Source: Enterobacter phage ZX14. Taken from it: DNA of 64,000 nucleotides. This document shows positions 45,049 through 57,100 of this stretch, piece after piece (position 1 is the stretch's first letter; each line of letters begins with the position of its first letter). Under the pieces are notes generated by a model. That model was not told where the DNA came from. It saw nothing but the letters and a program-made list of their open reading frames with translations, and did no database searches. Position numbers and translations under genes: made by a program. The stretch lies in sequence record PP236086.1. One strand, 5' to 3'.

Positions 45049-45315
45049 TTATTTTAAATGTTTTTTGATATCACTAATTTTAACTGGCTTACCATCGATG
45101 CGAAATTCTTTAGCACCCCAACCTTTGATGTGGTTCAGAAGAGTATCAAGGTCTTTTGCTTCACCAAGGTCAACCATTGCGTTCTCATGCGAACCTTTAA
45201 TATGTACAGCACGGAACAACTTGTGAGTACCATATTGGGAATCGGTAATACTCAGTTCGACATGATTGAAAGCATCGCCTTTAGCTTCATTGATAAATTC
45301 TTGATAAGTTTTCAT
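45049..45315 (-). CDS. Novel internal-protein-like gene with capsid-targeting sequence
   Basis: Starts MKTYQEFINEAKG at the internal ATG 45315. 88 aa. Confidence 0.55.
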   Translation of the reverse strand: MKTYQEFINEAKGDAFNHVELSITDSQYGTHKLFRAVHIKGSHENAMVDLGEAKDLDTLLNHIKGWGAKEFRIDGKPVKISDIKKHLK

Positions 45316-45337
45316 TTTTGTTTCCTTAAGTTGGTAT

Positions 45338-45373
45338 GAGAGTATAGTAACACGGGTATTTATGGATGTAAAC
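45338..45373 (-). promoter_or_regulatory. Early promoter upstream of IP-like gene 45049..45315
   Basis: tgtaaac at 45367-45373 with ...agtatagtaacacg... as the -10 region. Confidence 0.45.
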
Positions 45374-45381
45374 ACTTAAAT

Positions 45382-45407
45382 GCAAAAAAGGAACCCGAAG
45401 GTTCCTT
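45382..45407 (-). terminator. Intrinsic terminator (GGAACC-UUCG-GGUUCC-UUUUUU)
   Basis: aaaaaaggaacccgaaggttcc. Confidence 0.7.
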
Positions 45408-45411
45408 AACA

Positions 45412-46355
<944 letters not shown>

Positions 46356-46372
<17 letters not shown>

Positions 46373-47081
46373 TTAAAACCTCGTTAAATTTTTTGAATAG
46401 TTCATCAGTTGTGCCATCGTTTTCAATAACAATGTCACGGTCAATAATAGGGAGACCAGCTTCTGTAATATGCTGATCAGATGAATCGACTGTATCAGGA
46501 CGAACCACATGAATAATTGTGACACCCATCGCCCGGAGAGCTTCGATTTCGTGTGTTTGTCTTACATCCGGAACAACGAAATAATCGAAATCTGAATAAA
46601 ATTTATCATAATACTTTTCAGCAAATAATTTCATCCAGAACATGCGGTCAATACCATCTACGACAATGTCAGTTCCAAGGGTCTGCATGAAACGTCGAAT
46701 AGTCCATGGTACATTGTTATTTATTGTAAGTTTTTCAATTAGATCGCCAATCGAATTACCGCCATCGAATTTGAAATAATCCAGACGATGGCGTCTTGAA
46801 AGCCAATCAAGAGATTCTTGGAAAAGGTCTTTAGCTTCGTAATTATTCATTACAAATGGGCGTTCACGGTCCCACTCGCCAATACCTTCCCAATCTTCCC
46901 ATTGAAGTTTAGGGTGAGCACTTTCATGATTGAACCGACGTTTCCAAGCCTGAGACAAAGTCTCTTTAATAGGCTCGGCAAGTTGATATTTGAACCCATT
47001 ACATTCATTTACTACATATTCGGCCAGCGTATCTTTACCAGATCGCTTTTTACCGACAATAGCAATTAATTTCATTTTCAC
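46356..47081 (-). CDS. 1: Deoxynucleoside monophosphate kinase gp1
   Basis: 241 aa, the T4 gp1 length. Has P-loop GKKRSGKDT and ...RRFMQTLGTDIVV... Confidence 0.9.
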
Positions 47082-47689
47082 CTCATAGAAGGATGCATAG
47101 CCATTTTACGCCCTTCGAGTCTGCCTTGACCGGCATCATCAATTTGTGGACGACCTAGTACTATATTACCATCTATTTCTACTGCAAAACTCTTGAAGTT
47201 AAATGTAGCCATGCAAGGCACAGCAGGGTCAGAATCTTCACGATAGTTGAACTCAATTTCAGAAAGGTCTGAAGGCCAAGCACCGTAATAATGAATAGAC
47301 ATAACAATATTCTGTTTTGAGTTATCAAGGATATGAACAGTCACAGCAGAAGGCTGTCCAGAAGCGTGCCAGGCTTCGCTCTCGTGTGTCATATAGTTGT
47401 TTAATGATAACATCCATTTATAGATTTCGAGCCAACCTGAGAGCTCCCTGTCCACCAGGAAGTTAACCATAAGAGGGTCGAATTCTATAGTGCTTCCTGG
47501 AAGTTTAGCTCGAGAAATACCTTGTGTTCCACCCGGTAAATCGCCTACTGGGATATGAATCCCAGGCAAAGTTGCTGCTTGACAGTTCAACTTAAATGAT
47601 TCAGTGAGGCCATTATCAGAGACCTCAAGGATAAAGTTAGTTACGTTAGTCTGGTTAAACAGACCGCCATTTTGACCACTCATATTCAC
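47078..47689 (-). CDS. 3: Tail completion / sheath stabiliser gp3-like
   Basis: A 203 aa ORF between genes 1 and 2, as T4 gene 3. Confidence 0.6.
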   Translation of the reverse strand: MNMSGQNGGLFNQTNVTNFILEVSDNGLTESFKLNCQAATLPGIHIPVGDLPGGTQGISRAKLPGSTIEFDPLMVNFLVDRELSGWLEIYKWMLSLNNYMTHESEAWHASGQPSAVTVHILDNSKQNIVMSIHYYGAWPSDLSEIEFNYREDSDPAVPCMATFNFKSFAVEIDGNIVLGRPQIDDAGQGRLEGRKMAMHPSMR

Positions 47690-47769
47690 ACCTTATACGC
47701 TTAATTCCCGGGCAGTGTATAATGGTCTTAGGTCTGTTCCATTCAATAACTGGCCGGGATAATAGATTA

Positions 47770-48603
47770 TTATTTACTGTTAGCCCATACTTTCTGAGCA
47801 GAGAAACGCTTACCTTTAGACATGAACTGTTGTAATGGCATCATGACAACATTAGCCCAATCGGCTGGTTTTATTTCAACTAAAGGTCCTTTAATATTTC
47901 CAGGGATATAAGCTTTAATCATCTGGTCAGCACCTTGGAATCCTTTCACTTTAGTCCAATCAATCTTCAGTTTAGTAGAATTCGTGATAGTAGGCGTGCT
48001 CGCATATTGCTTCAGCAATTCTTCTAAAAACTGTTGTCTAGCTTTAGGCGGAATGTAGTGTAAGTTCAAGCCATACATCAAATTATGCTTACCTAACCCA
48101 AGATATATCACAAGTGGATATTTGTCCCAGTATGGTAATGTGTCTTTATGTTTAGCGTCATAGATGTAAGCATAAATCTTGCCAGGTTGTGGCTTAGAAA
48201 CCTGATGTCCTCTGATACCTTTCTTTAATGTCTCTGTAAACCAACGAGCTGATTTGTTGTTTACTGCAGCGCCTTCATTAGCAATTTTATCTCTTATGCT
48301 TTTACGAAAGCTATTAATCATTATAAGCTGACGTTCGGCTTTGGTCAATTTATTGCCAGGTTTCTTTTCAAGCTTTTGGACTTGATGCGCCAGCTTGATA
48401 CGCGAAGCGTATCGTGACATTGCTTTAGTGAACGTAGCATAATTCAATCCACGTTCATCAGCGAAAGCTTTACCAGATTGGCCTTTAGCCTTTGCGTTAT
48501 ACCAATCAACACCTATTGCTACCCACTGTTGTTCATTTTTAGTAGGTTTAGCTGTTCGTTCTGTTGATTCGTTGATGAAAGAAATAATGCTCATCCTTTC
48601 CAT
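47770..48603 (-). CDS. 2: DNA end protector protein gp2
   Basis: 277 aa (T4 gp2 is 274 aa); position is conserved, overlapping gene 4. Confidence 0.7.
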   Translation of the reverse strand: MERMSIISFINESTERTAKPTKNEQQWVAIGVDWYNAKAKGQSGKAFADERGLNYATFTKAMSRYASRIKLAHQVQKLEKKPGNKLTKAERQLIMINSFRKSIRDKIANEGAAVNNKSARWFTETLKKGIRGHQVSKPQPGKIYAYIYDAKHKDTLPYWDKYPLVIYLGLGKHNLMYGLNLHYIPPKARQQFLEELLKQYASTPTITNSTKLKIDWTKVKGFQGADQMIKAYIPGNIKGPLVEIKPADWANVVMMPLQQFMSKGKRFSAQKVWANSK

Positions 48604-49040
48604 CCTAATTTCTTGAGTGAATTCTCTGTAATCAATCTAAAATTGATACCCATCTTATTTGCTGTAGCCTGAGCAGCAGTCCATTTATCTTTGTTCACAC
48701 ACCATGTGTAGTATTCATTCATAAATCGCTTTTTAGAAGCTGCAGTCATATTAGCAGGTTGTTTTGGTGGCTGGGTTTCTTTAGAAGGTTTTACTTCAAA
48801 GAAGAATTGTTTACCATCATCAAACTTAGCCCAGAAATCCATAAAGTAACGACGTTTTTTGCCGTCAGCATTGCTAAAATAAGGGATAACAACTTCTTCA
48901 CTGTTCCATTGTACAACATTTGGATGGTTGTCAAGCCATCTCATGAAGTATTGTTCCCATGACGACCGATAGGTTATTTTCTTCCAATCGCCTTTATATT
49001 TCTGTTTGTTAGTTGGAATAAATTTTCCCGAGTAGGCCAT
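48591..49040 (-). CDS. 4: Head completion protein gp4
   Basis: Starts MAYSGKFIP (GGAGG SD) and ends ...LKKLGWKG. Divergent late promoters lie upstream. Confidence 0.8.
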   Translation of the reverse strand: MAYSGKFIPTNKQKYKGDWKKITYRSSWEQYFMRWLDNHPNVVQWNSEEVVIPYFSNADGKKRRYFMDFWAKFDDGKQFFFEVKPSKETQPPKQPANMTAASKKRFMNEYYTWCVNKDKWTAAQATANKMGINFRLITENSLKKLGWKG

Positions 49041-49051
49041 AGGGACCTCCA

Positions 49052-49059
49052 TATAAATA
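49052..49059 (+). promoter_or_regulatory. T4-type late promoter TATAAATA for gene 53
   Basis: Exact TATAAATA 31 bp upstream of the gene 53 ATG. Confidence 0.7.
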
Positions 49060-49069
49060 TTGATATACT

Positions 49070-49077
49070 TATTTATA
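49070..49077 (-). promoter_or_regulatory. T4-type late promoter (TATAAATA on minus strand) for genes 4/2
   Basis: tatttata on the plus strand, divergent from the gene 53 promoter. Confidence 0.6.
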
Positions 49078-49089
49078 AATGGAGGCTTT

Positions 49090-49692
49090 ATGCTCTTTTC
49101 ATTTTTCGATCCTATAAATTATGAAGCCAAAACTATTAAGAAAAATGCGGCCTCATTAACAAAATTAGATGTTCAGCCTATTCCAATGGCAGACATTTTC
49201 CGTGACTATATGTCATATTTCAAAAAAGTTGCAGCTAACTATAAGCTTAAAACTTATTATATCAGTGGTGCTCCTCGCCCAGAAGAACTTGCATATCAGA
49301 TTTATGGCAACAGCCAACTATATTGGGTTCTTTTGATGTGTAATACCACTTACGACCCATTCTGGGGTTGGATTACAGGGCAAGAGGCTGCATATCAAGC
49401 ATCTATTCAAAAATATAAAGATGTAGGTGGAAATAAAATTCTTTATCATGTAAACGAAAATGGTGAGAAGTTCTGGAACTTAGTTAGTTATCCTGATGCA
49501 CCACAGACTTGGTACGACAAAGGCGATAGAAATAGAATGTATCCACAATACCAAGGCCCACTTGCAGCCGTAGATACTTATGAAGATGCTATTCTTAAAA
49601 ATGAAGCTAAGCGTGAAATAAAGATTATTGACCCTTATGATATTGAATCTTTTATTTCTAATCTTATCCGTGAAATGGAAAAAGCCGTATGA
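49090..49692 (+). CDS. 53: Baseplate wedge protein gp53
   Basis: MLFSFFDPINYEAKTIKKNA... is near-identical to the T4 gp53 N-terminus. GGAGG SD at 49081; late promoter at 49052. Confidence 0.9.
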   Translation: MLFSFFDPINYEAKTIKKNAASLTKLDVQPIPMADIFRDYMSYFKKVAANYKLKTYYISGAPRPEELAYQIYGNSQLYWVLLMCNTTYDPFWGWITGQEAAYQASIQKYKDVGGNKILYHVNENGEKFWNLVSYPDAPQTWYDKGDRNRMYPQYQGPLAAVDTYEDAILKNEAKREIKIIDPYDIESFISNLIREMEKAV

Positions 49693-51431
49693 TTAATATC
49701 AGTGATTCAGTTTCATGGTTCGTCGGTGTTGTTGAAGACCGAATGGACCCTTTAGAACAAGGTCGTGTACGCGTACGTGTGTGGGGTCTTCACCCTTATG
49801 AGAAAACTCAAGGTCCTGTAAAGGGGATTAAAACTGAAGACCTTCCATGGATGTCTGTACTCCAGCCAACATCATCAGCATCTGTTTCTGGTATTCAGCA
49901 AGCTATTACTGGAATGGTTCCGGGCACGCATGTATATGGTCATTTCTTAGACAAGTGGAAACTTAATGGACTTGTGTTAGGAACTTATTCCTCTAACTCA
50001 ATGGTTAAAGCTAATCCTAATGAAGGTTTTGCTGACCCAACAGGACAATATCCACTTTATCTTGGCAATGACACGAACCCATTAAACCGTGGTGGTATTC
50101 CTGGTGATGATTCTACAGCGAATATTATTCAGGACGCTAACCTTGATGTTGGTATTAACCCAGATGGAAAACCTCTGTCCGAAATACCAGAAGACAATAA
50201 CCCTGATTATACTATCCAAGCAATGGTTCAACGTGATGAAGGTCTTCGTCTTAAAATATATTGGGATGTGCGTGGATATACCGTAGGTATAGGACATTTC
50301 ATTGGGGAATTTGCCCAAGGTGATATGGCTGGTGCTAATAAAGCATTAAGTGAACAAATAGGAAGAAAGGTAACTGGAAATCCTGGTTCTATCTCAATGG
50401 ATGAGGCCAGTGAATTATTTAAAAAAGATTTAGAAAATGTCCAACGCGATATTAAAATAAATGGAACTATTGGGCCTGTTTATGCTAGGATGAACCGTTC
50501 TCGTCAGATGGCACTCGAGAATATGGCTTTCCAATTAGGAATAGGTGGTCTGGCAAAATTCACTAATATGTTGGCGGCTATGTTTATTGGTGATTGGGTC
50601 ACCGCGTATAAAGAAGCTAGAGACTCTCTTTGGTTTAATCAGACTAAAGGTCGAGCTTCTCGTGTGTCCATGATTATTCTTACTGGTAATATGGAATCAT
50701 ATGGTATTCCGGTTAACCCTAATCAGAATCCAAACGGAAGAATGGCTAGTTTTGCAATGCTTGCTGCGACAGCAGCGCCAGCAAGTGACCCGGCGGACCC
50801 ATGGGTCCCAGAAGACACTAGAATATTGTTTAAAGAACCTCCTTCAAGCTATAAAGGACAATATCCTTATGTCCAGACTATGGCTACCGAAGGTGGGCAT
50901 ATTCAAGAATTTGACAATACTCCCGGACAAGAACGTTATCGCTTAATTCATCCTACTGGAAGCTATGATGAAACTGCTCCTGATGGCCGTCGTACTATTA
51001 AATCAGTAGCTGATGCTTATTATATGACCCAAGCCGATTGTTCTACAATGATTGGTGGTGATAATAAAGTCAACGTTGGTGGGAATGAAGTCAAATATAA
51101 TATGGCTGATGTTAGGCGTCAAACTGATGGTAATGAAACTATTTTCATCCGTGGTAATGACACTAAAACAGTAGAAGGCGATGGGACTCTTCATGTTAAA
51201 GGCAATATTAAAATTATTGTTGAAGGTGATGCAGATATCGAAGTTCAAGGTAATGCAAAATCTCATGTTGTCGGAAACCATGAGTACACCGTCGATGGTA
51301 ACTTAACTTGGAAAATTGCCGGGACAGTAGATATTGATGTTGGTGGTTCTTGGACTGAGAAATTTGCTTCTATGAACTCTGTCGCATCGGGTCAGTATAC
51401 TATTGATGGTAGCAGGATTGATATTGGCTAA
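49689..51431 (+). CDS. 5: Baseplate hub / cell-puncturing protein gp5 with lysozyme domain
   Basis: 580 aa (T4 gp5 is 575 aa). Has an OB-fold N-terminus, an internal T4-lysozyme-like domain (YWDVRGYTVGIGHF...) and C-terminal beta-helix VxGxxxxx repeats. Confidence 0.92.
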   Translation: MINISDSVSWFVGVVEDRMDPLEQGRVRVRVWGLHPYEKTQGPVKGIKTEDLPWMSVLQPTSSASVSGIQQAITGMVPGTHVYGHFLDKWKLNGLVLGTYSSNSMVKANPNEGFADPTGQYPLYLGNDTNPLNRGGIPGDDSTANIIQDANLDVGINPDGKPLSEIPEDNNPDYTIQAMVQRDEGLRLKIYWDVRGYTVGIGHFIGEFAQGDMAGANKALSEQIGRKVTGNPGSISMDEASELFKKDLENVQRDIKINGTIGPVYARMNRSRQMALENMAFQLGIGGLAKFTNMLAAMFIGDWVTAYKEARDSLWFNQTKGRASRVSMIILTGNMESYGIPVNPNQNPNGRMASFAMLAATAAPASDPADPWVPEDTRILFKEPPSSYKGQYPYVQTMATEGGHIQEFDNTPGQERYRLIHPTGSYDETAPDGRRTIKSVADAYYMTQADCSTMIGGDNKVNVGGNEVKYNMADVRRQTDGNETIFIRGNDTKTVEGDGTLHVKGNIKIIVEGDADIEVQGNAKSHVVGNHEYTVDGNLTWKIAGTVDIDVGGSWTEKFASMNSVASGQYTIDGSRIDIG

Positions 51432-51943
51432 TGGCTGAAATACTTCCTATGAGCACAGACCTTTCCGAAGATATGGAAGGGTCTTCTATCGACGTCACGT
51501 TCACTGCTCAATTTTTAGAAGGCGAGACGTTAGAGTCAATAAATATAATAGATTATGAAGCCACACCAGGCGTTAATGTTGTAGGCAACCAATTATTTGG
51601 TACTTATCGAGATGTTTTTGCACTTGGTGGTGATGCTTTAAAATATAGAACAATTCAAGGTCAACTTCTTTCTGCTGATTCTTGGGACTCACTTCCTGGT
51701 TCACTAGATGCACAACTTTATTACTTTAAAGCCCCTAAGGCGCTCACTAAGACATTTAATTATGTTGTAGAGTTAATCTATTGGTACCAAGCCCCTAGTA
51801 CAGGAGGGAGCGCCCCTGACGACCCTGTCGTTACTCCCCCAGCAGAGAAAAGAACTATCAGAAAAACTTATTTCAAAACTATCGTAGGTAATTGGTCTAG
51901 ATGGGCAAATCAATTACGTTCGTACGTTTATGCGAGGCCATAA
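51431..51943 (+). CDS. 5.1: gp5.1-like protein
   Basis: 170 aa ORF. Confidence 0.6.
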   Translation: MAEILPMSTDLSEDMEGSSIDVTFTAQFLEGETLESINIIDYEATPGVNVVGNQLFGTYRDVFALGGDALKYRTIQGQLLSADSWDSLPGSLDAQLYYFKAPKALTKTFNYVVELIYWYQAPSTGGSAPDDPVVTPPAEKRTIRKTYFKTIVGNWSRWANQLRSYVYARP

Positions 51944-51945
51944 AA

Positions 51946-52239
51946 ATGCCAGCTTTAAGTTTTAATAATTGTATGACAACAGGCCACCAAGCGTGGCCAC
52001 CAACAGAAGTTTTAGCATCTCAAGGCAAGGTATTTACTGGTGGTATAGCGGTTGTTATAGCCGGGGATAAAATAGTACCTCATACTGAAATTAAAAAGCC
52101 TTATGAGACACACGGTGGTTCTGTTGAACCAAGGACGAGTAAAGTCTTTGTTACCGGTAAGAAAGCAGCCGCAATGGCAGACCCTATTTCTTGTGGTGAT
52201 ACCATCGCACAGGGTTCACCAAAAGTATTCATTCACTAG
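51946..52239 (+). CDS. 5.4: PAAR-repeat spike tip protein gp5.4
   Basis: 97 aa: [14 protein letters not shown]...[18 protein letters not shown] (PAAR motifs). Confidence 0.85.
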   Translation: MPALSFNNCMTTGHQAWPPTEVLASQGKVFTGGIAVVIAGDKIVPHTEIKKPYETHGGSVEPRTSKVFVTGKKAAAMADPISCGDTIAQGSPKVFIH

Positions 52240-52248
52240 GAAAATATA

Positions 52249-54192
52249 ATGGCAGACCAACCTACTAATTTTCAGTTAACTAGACAAGTTAACGCAATCC
52301 CAAAAGTATTTGTGGGAGCAACATTTGAAGAAATTAAAAAGAACATAATTGATTGGCTGTCGGGTCAAGATGAATTTAAGGATTACGATTTTGCTGGTTC
52401 TAGAATGAACGTCCTTATTGACATGCTAGCGTATAATACTCTTTATATGCAGCAGTTCTCTAATACGGCAATTTACGAATCATTTATTGGGACAGCGAAC
52501 CAACGTTCTTCTGTTGTTCAGGCCGCACAGGATAAAGGATATCTTCCTTCTTCTAAGTCTGCAGCAAAAACAAGTGTTCTTTTAACTGTCGAGAATGCTC
52601 GCCCTGATTACAGTATTAAAATACCTCGTGGGACTAAATTCCTTGCTTATGCACGGGAATCACGAGTTGATCCGTATCCGTTCGTAGTAACTGAAGACGT
52701 TATTGCAATCAGAGATAATGCCGGACAATATCGACCTATTATTAATCTGGCCCAAGGTAGAATTATTCGTACAGAGCTTTTGTTCGACCCAACACAGCCT
52801 ATTATTATCCAAGACCCAGATATAGACCGTAAAGAAGTTAAATTGAAAGTAAACGGAATTGAATGGACTGATTGGACTAATAAATCTATGGTTCATGCAG
52901 GTTCTACTTCTACAATTTTCTATATGCGTGAAACCGTAGATGGCTTTACTGAATTCTTCTTTGGTGAAGGTGAAAGTTCCCCATCGGTAGCAGGCGGTGT
53001 AATGGAAGCTAACTATATCGGTGGGTTAAAACCAACTAAAGAATCTTCAATCGTTATTGAATATCTTCGTACAGACGGTGAAGCTGCTAATGGTGCAACA
53101 GATTTCAGCTATGCTGATACATTAACTAACCTTACTGTTGTTGCTATTACCGAAAACTATGATAATAGTCCTGATTATGTTGGTGCGGACGGCGGCGGTG
53201 ACCCTGAAGACATTGAACGTATTCGTGAACTTGCTGTCGTTAAACGTGAAGCACAGATGCGCTGTGTGACCGGTACAGACTATGACACGTTTATTTCAGA
53301 ACGGTTTGGTTCTATTGTCCAGGCCGTCCAGACATTTACAGACCCAGGTAAACCGGGCTATGCATTTATTGCGGTTAAACCTAAATCAGGATTGTATTTG
53401 ACGGCAGTTCAGCGCGAAGATATGCAAAATTATTTGAATGGATTTAATGTTTCAACTATTACACCAAGTGTAATTAGCCCTAACTACATGTTCTTGAAAC
53501 ATAATATTCGTGTAACTTACGCCCTTAATAAGCTTCAAGAATCTGAACAGTGGTTGAAAGCGCAGGTCATTGACCAGATTGATAGATATTATATAGATGA
53601 AGTTGAAATCTTTAACCGTGGATTTGCAAAATCTAAAATGCTTACTTATGTAGATAATGCAGATCATAGTATTTTAGGTTCTTCTGCGACAGTTAGCATG
53701 GTTCGTGAAGTATTAAACTTCTTTAAAACACCAGCAGCTGGTATTAAATACTACAATCAATATACAAACCGTTCTGTAGAATCATCTGTCTTTAAATTCA
53801 TTCCTACCACAGGAACAAAATACGATGTTAGAATCGTAGCAACAGATAGAAACGCTACAACAGGTAAAGGTAAAATGGTTATTGGACCGTTCCGTAATGG
53901 AGATGTTACAGTTGGAACTCTTTATACGGGAAGTGATTTCAATAAGATGTCTGCTCCTGCGGACCAATCACGTTATTATGTGATTGGCGATATCGATTAC
54001 TATAGCGATTTCATTTATTGGGATATTGCTGCTATAGGATTAACTTCTAATAAATTTGAAGTCCAATCTATCGAACTCTATGCAGGTCCTTCACAAGATA
54101 ATATCTTTACTAAAGACGGTTCATTAATTGTGTTTGAGAATGACCTTCGTCCTCAGTACACTACAATAACAATGGAGCCAATTGCACAATGA
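52249..54192 (+). CDS. 6: Baseplate wedge protein gp6
   Basis: 647 aa (T4 gp6 is 660 aa); order is conserved. Confidence 0.85.
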   Translation: MADQPTNFQLTRQVNAIPKVFVGATFEEIKKNIIDWLSGQDEFKDYDFAGSRMNVLIDMLAYNTLYMQQFSNTAIYESFIGTANQRSSVVQAAQDKGYLPSSKSAAKTSVLLTVENARPDYSIKIPRGTKFLAYARESRVDPYPFVVTEDVIAIRDNAGQYRPIINLAQGRIIRTELLFDPTQPIIIQDPDIDRKEVKLKVNGIEWTDWTNKSMVHAGSTSTIFYMRETVDGFTEFFFGEGESSPSVAGGVMEANYIGGLKPTKESSIVIEYLRTDGEAANGATDFSYADTLTNLTVVAITENYDNSPDYVGADGGGDPEDIERIRELAVVKREAQMRCVTGTDYDTFISERFGSIVQAVQTFTDPGKPGYAFIAVKPKSGLYLTAVQREDMQNYLNGFNVSTITPSVISPNYMFLKHNIRVTYALNKLQESEQWLKAQVIDQIDRYYIDEVEIFNRGFAKSKMLTYVDNADHSILGSSATVSMVREVLNFFKTPAAGIKYYNQYTNRSVESSVFKFIPTTGTKYDVRIVATDRNATTGKGKMVIGPFRNGDVTVGTLYTGSDFNKMSAPADQSRYYVIGDIDYYSDFIYWDIAAIGLTSNKFEVQSIELYAGPSQDNIFTKDGSLIVFENDLRPQYTTITMEPIAQ

Positions 54193-57100
54193 CTGTAAAA
54201 GCACCTGACGTAACTAGTTTACGAATTGACAAACTTTCTGCCAATCAGGTCAGCATTCGTTGGGATAACGTCGGTGCAAACTTCTATTATTTCGTAGAAG
54301 CATGCCAAACTCGCGATAATGGGGTCCCTTTAGACCCCTCTAGATATCGTTGGAGAAACTTAGGTTATACCGCAGAGAATGACTGGTTTGAAGATACATT
54401 CGTATCACCGAATCGCTACTATAAAATGAGGGTGGCCGTAGCTGCTAAAGGATTTGAACAATCTAATTGGGTTGAAACTGAAGAATTCCAAATGTTTTCT
54501 CAAAATGCTTATACTTTTGAGACAATGAGAGAGTTCACATTAAGTACAAAATTTATTAACGAAAAATTTGTTTTCAATCGTCCTTATATTGACTTCAACC
54601 GTGATTCTATAGTTGCGTCTTTAATGGCAGAGAATTTTCAATATTCTCCAGCATTTAATGATGTTAGTTCCATTAAAAACTTTATTCTAAATTCAGACCA
54701 GTTCCATGAAATACAAGGTCCTATCGAAAAGGTGTGTATTGATGTAGAACGAACTATGCTGGCTGAAATCGGCGACGTTCTTTACTTATTCGAGCGCTTC
54801 CAGCCATTAGTAAAAGTTTCTAACGATAAAGGACAAAACTGGCAATATGTAAAATTATTTACAGACCGTGTTGGTAATCCTGTTTCAAGAATTCCTTATT
54901 ACCAATCTAATACCACAACTTATGTTTTAGGTTATGACCGTGTGTTTTATGGGCGCCAATCTAACGATATAAGATGGTCTTCTGACATTGTTAAATTTAG
55001 TTCTCAGGATGTGACATTTGCCAAAATAGGCGACCAGCTTAAATTAGGCTTTGATGTAGAAATCTTTGGTGATTATGCAAGACTGCCACTGGCCATCTCT
55101 AAGATAGCAGAGGCGATTACTGTCTCTGATGACTATATCTATGTGGTCGGGCGTGATAAAGTCTTTAAGGCCAAAACTACCAACGCTCCTGTTGATACAG
55201 ACCCTAACTCACCAACATTCGGTGAGAAGATGTTTGAAACCGGATTTTCTAATATCACCGGCAACCCTAAAGCTGTATGCTTTAAAATGGATTCTGTTGA
55301 TGGTAGAGTACTGGCGCTAATCACAGGTGAAGTTAAAACTCTAGGAATGGACCCTACTGTCCCTGCTAATGTTATTGATTCTGAATCTAAAGGCGTTTAT
55401 TGGCTTGACGTTGAAACTGATACATGGACTCGCGTATTTGGTAATACTGAAGAAGAACGCCGTCGTATTGAGCATGGCTGGACTTCATTAGGCACAGACG
55501 GTAAAGAAATATTCTTCTCTAGTAGCAACTTTAAATTTGAAGTAGAAGCTGATTCTGAAATTTCTGCAAAATATCCTGATTTAGTTAATTCTGGTGTTAG
55601 GTATGCGTATGCAGACGAAAAAATCCATGATAAGCATTACTTAATGATGAGCTTTAGATCATCAGCAGATTCAGATTTTAAAGAGTTTAAGCCTGGTCGA
55701 ATGACCTATTATGCCGAGCCTTTCTTTGGTTGGTGCAGAAGAGATAGTGTTCGTTCTTGGATAACTAACAGCAATAGAGCAATGGTTGTTTATTCAGACC
55801 AGCTTTATCAAAAGACTATCGACCCGTATGGCTCAGGTTCTCCGGACAGGATTGTTCATGAATACTGGGAAAAGGGTCATGTGACTGTAACTGCTCCTAA
55901 TATAGAATTCAAAGGATTCAAAAAATACGCATCGGGTATTCTTCTTCATAAAAATACCGGCGAGATAATTGGCTACTTCGAATTTGACTATCGTGTTAGA
56001 GACGAAGCCTTGATTTTCTGGAAGCCAACTGAAATAATGTTTACGGCTGAACTGCAAAACCAAGAACGTGAAATACCATGGACTCCTAAAGTAACGAATT
56101 CTGAACGAGACCCAGACCTCAGACCACTTCTTACTAAAATGGTTCCTGATAGCTATTTGCTTCAAGATACTAATTTTGAGAAGTTCTGTGAATACTATCT
56201 CCAGTTTATATCCGACGGTTCAGGTACCCAGTATAACAACCTATTGAATCTTATTCGTAACAAATATCCAAGAGAAGAGGATGCTTGGGAATATCTGTGG
56301 TCTGAGATTTACAAACGAAATATTTACTTGTCAAAAGATAAACGTGACGAAGTTGTTCGCTTCTTTGAAGCACGTCAATCCGATTTATGGATGACAAAAG
56401 GTACAGAAGCTTCTTATAAGTTCTTGTTTAAACTTCTTTATAATGAAGATGTTGAAATTGACATTGAGTCAAAAAATACTACTGAATACGATATTATCGT
56501 AGAGTCTGATAACATCAATGAAGATGTCGTAGGAACAAGCATTTATACTCCTACCGGACGTAGTAATGTAACTTATATTGAGCGTGAATATAAAGATGGT
56601 AAGCTTAGATGGCGTGTCACTATTCACAACCTTTTAGGTAGATACTTAGTTGGTCAAGAAATCAAATCCGACATAACTGGATTCAAAGGAATGATTATCC
56701 AAGGTGTTCGTGGTAAAGATTTAATGACTAACAGCATTGATTATATCGACCGTAACAGAAGTTATTATGTTATGACGATTAAATCTAATCTGCCTACTTC
56801 TAGATATCGTAATGACGTCTTAAGATTTGTTCATCCGGTAGGATTTGGCTTCATTGGTATTACGCTCTTAACAATGTTTGTTAATACTGGTTTGACATTA
56901 AAACATGTTGAAACTATATTAAATAAACTTAAAAACTATCGTTGGTCCGATGGAATTCCATCAGAATGGTATGACCGAGTTGCATCTTTAAATAGCGCTG
57001 GTGATGTTAACCGAGACCCTGTTACAGGTGAAGTTATTTACTTGATTGCTCCTAATGCAGGTTTGCCATTCCCATTACCTTCAGATTATGACTCGGAAAA

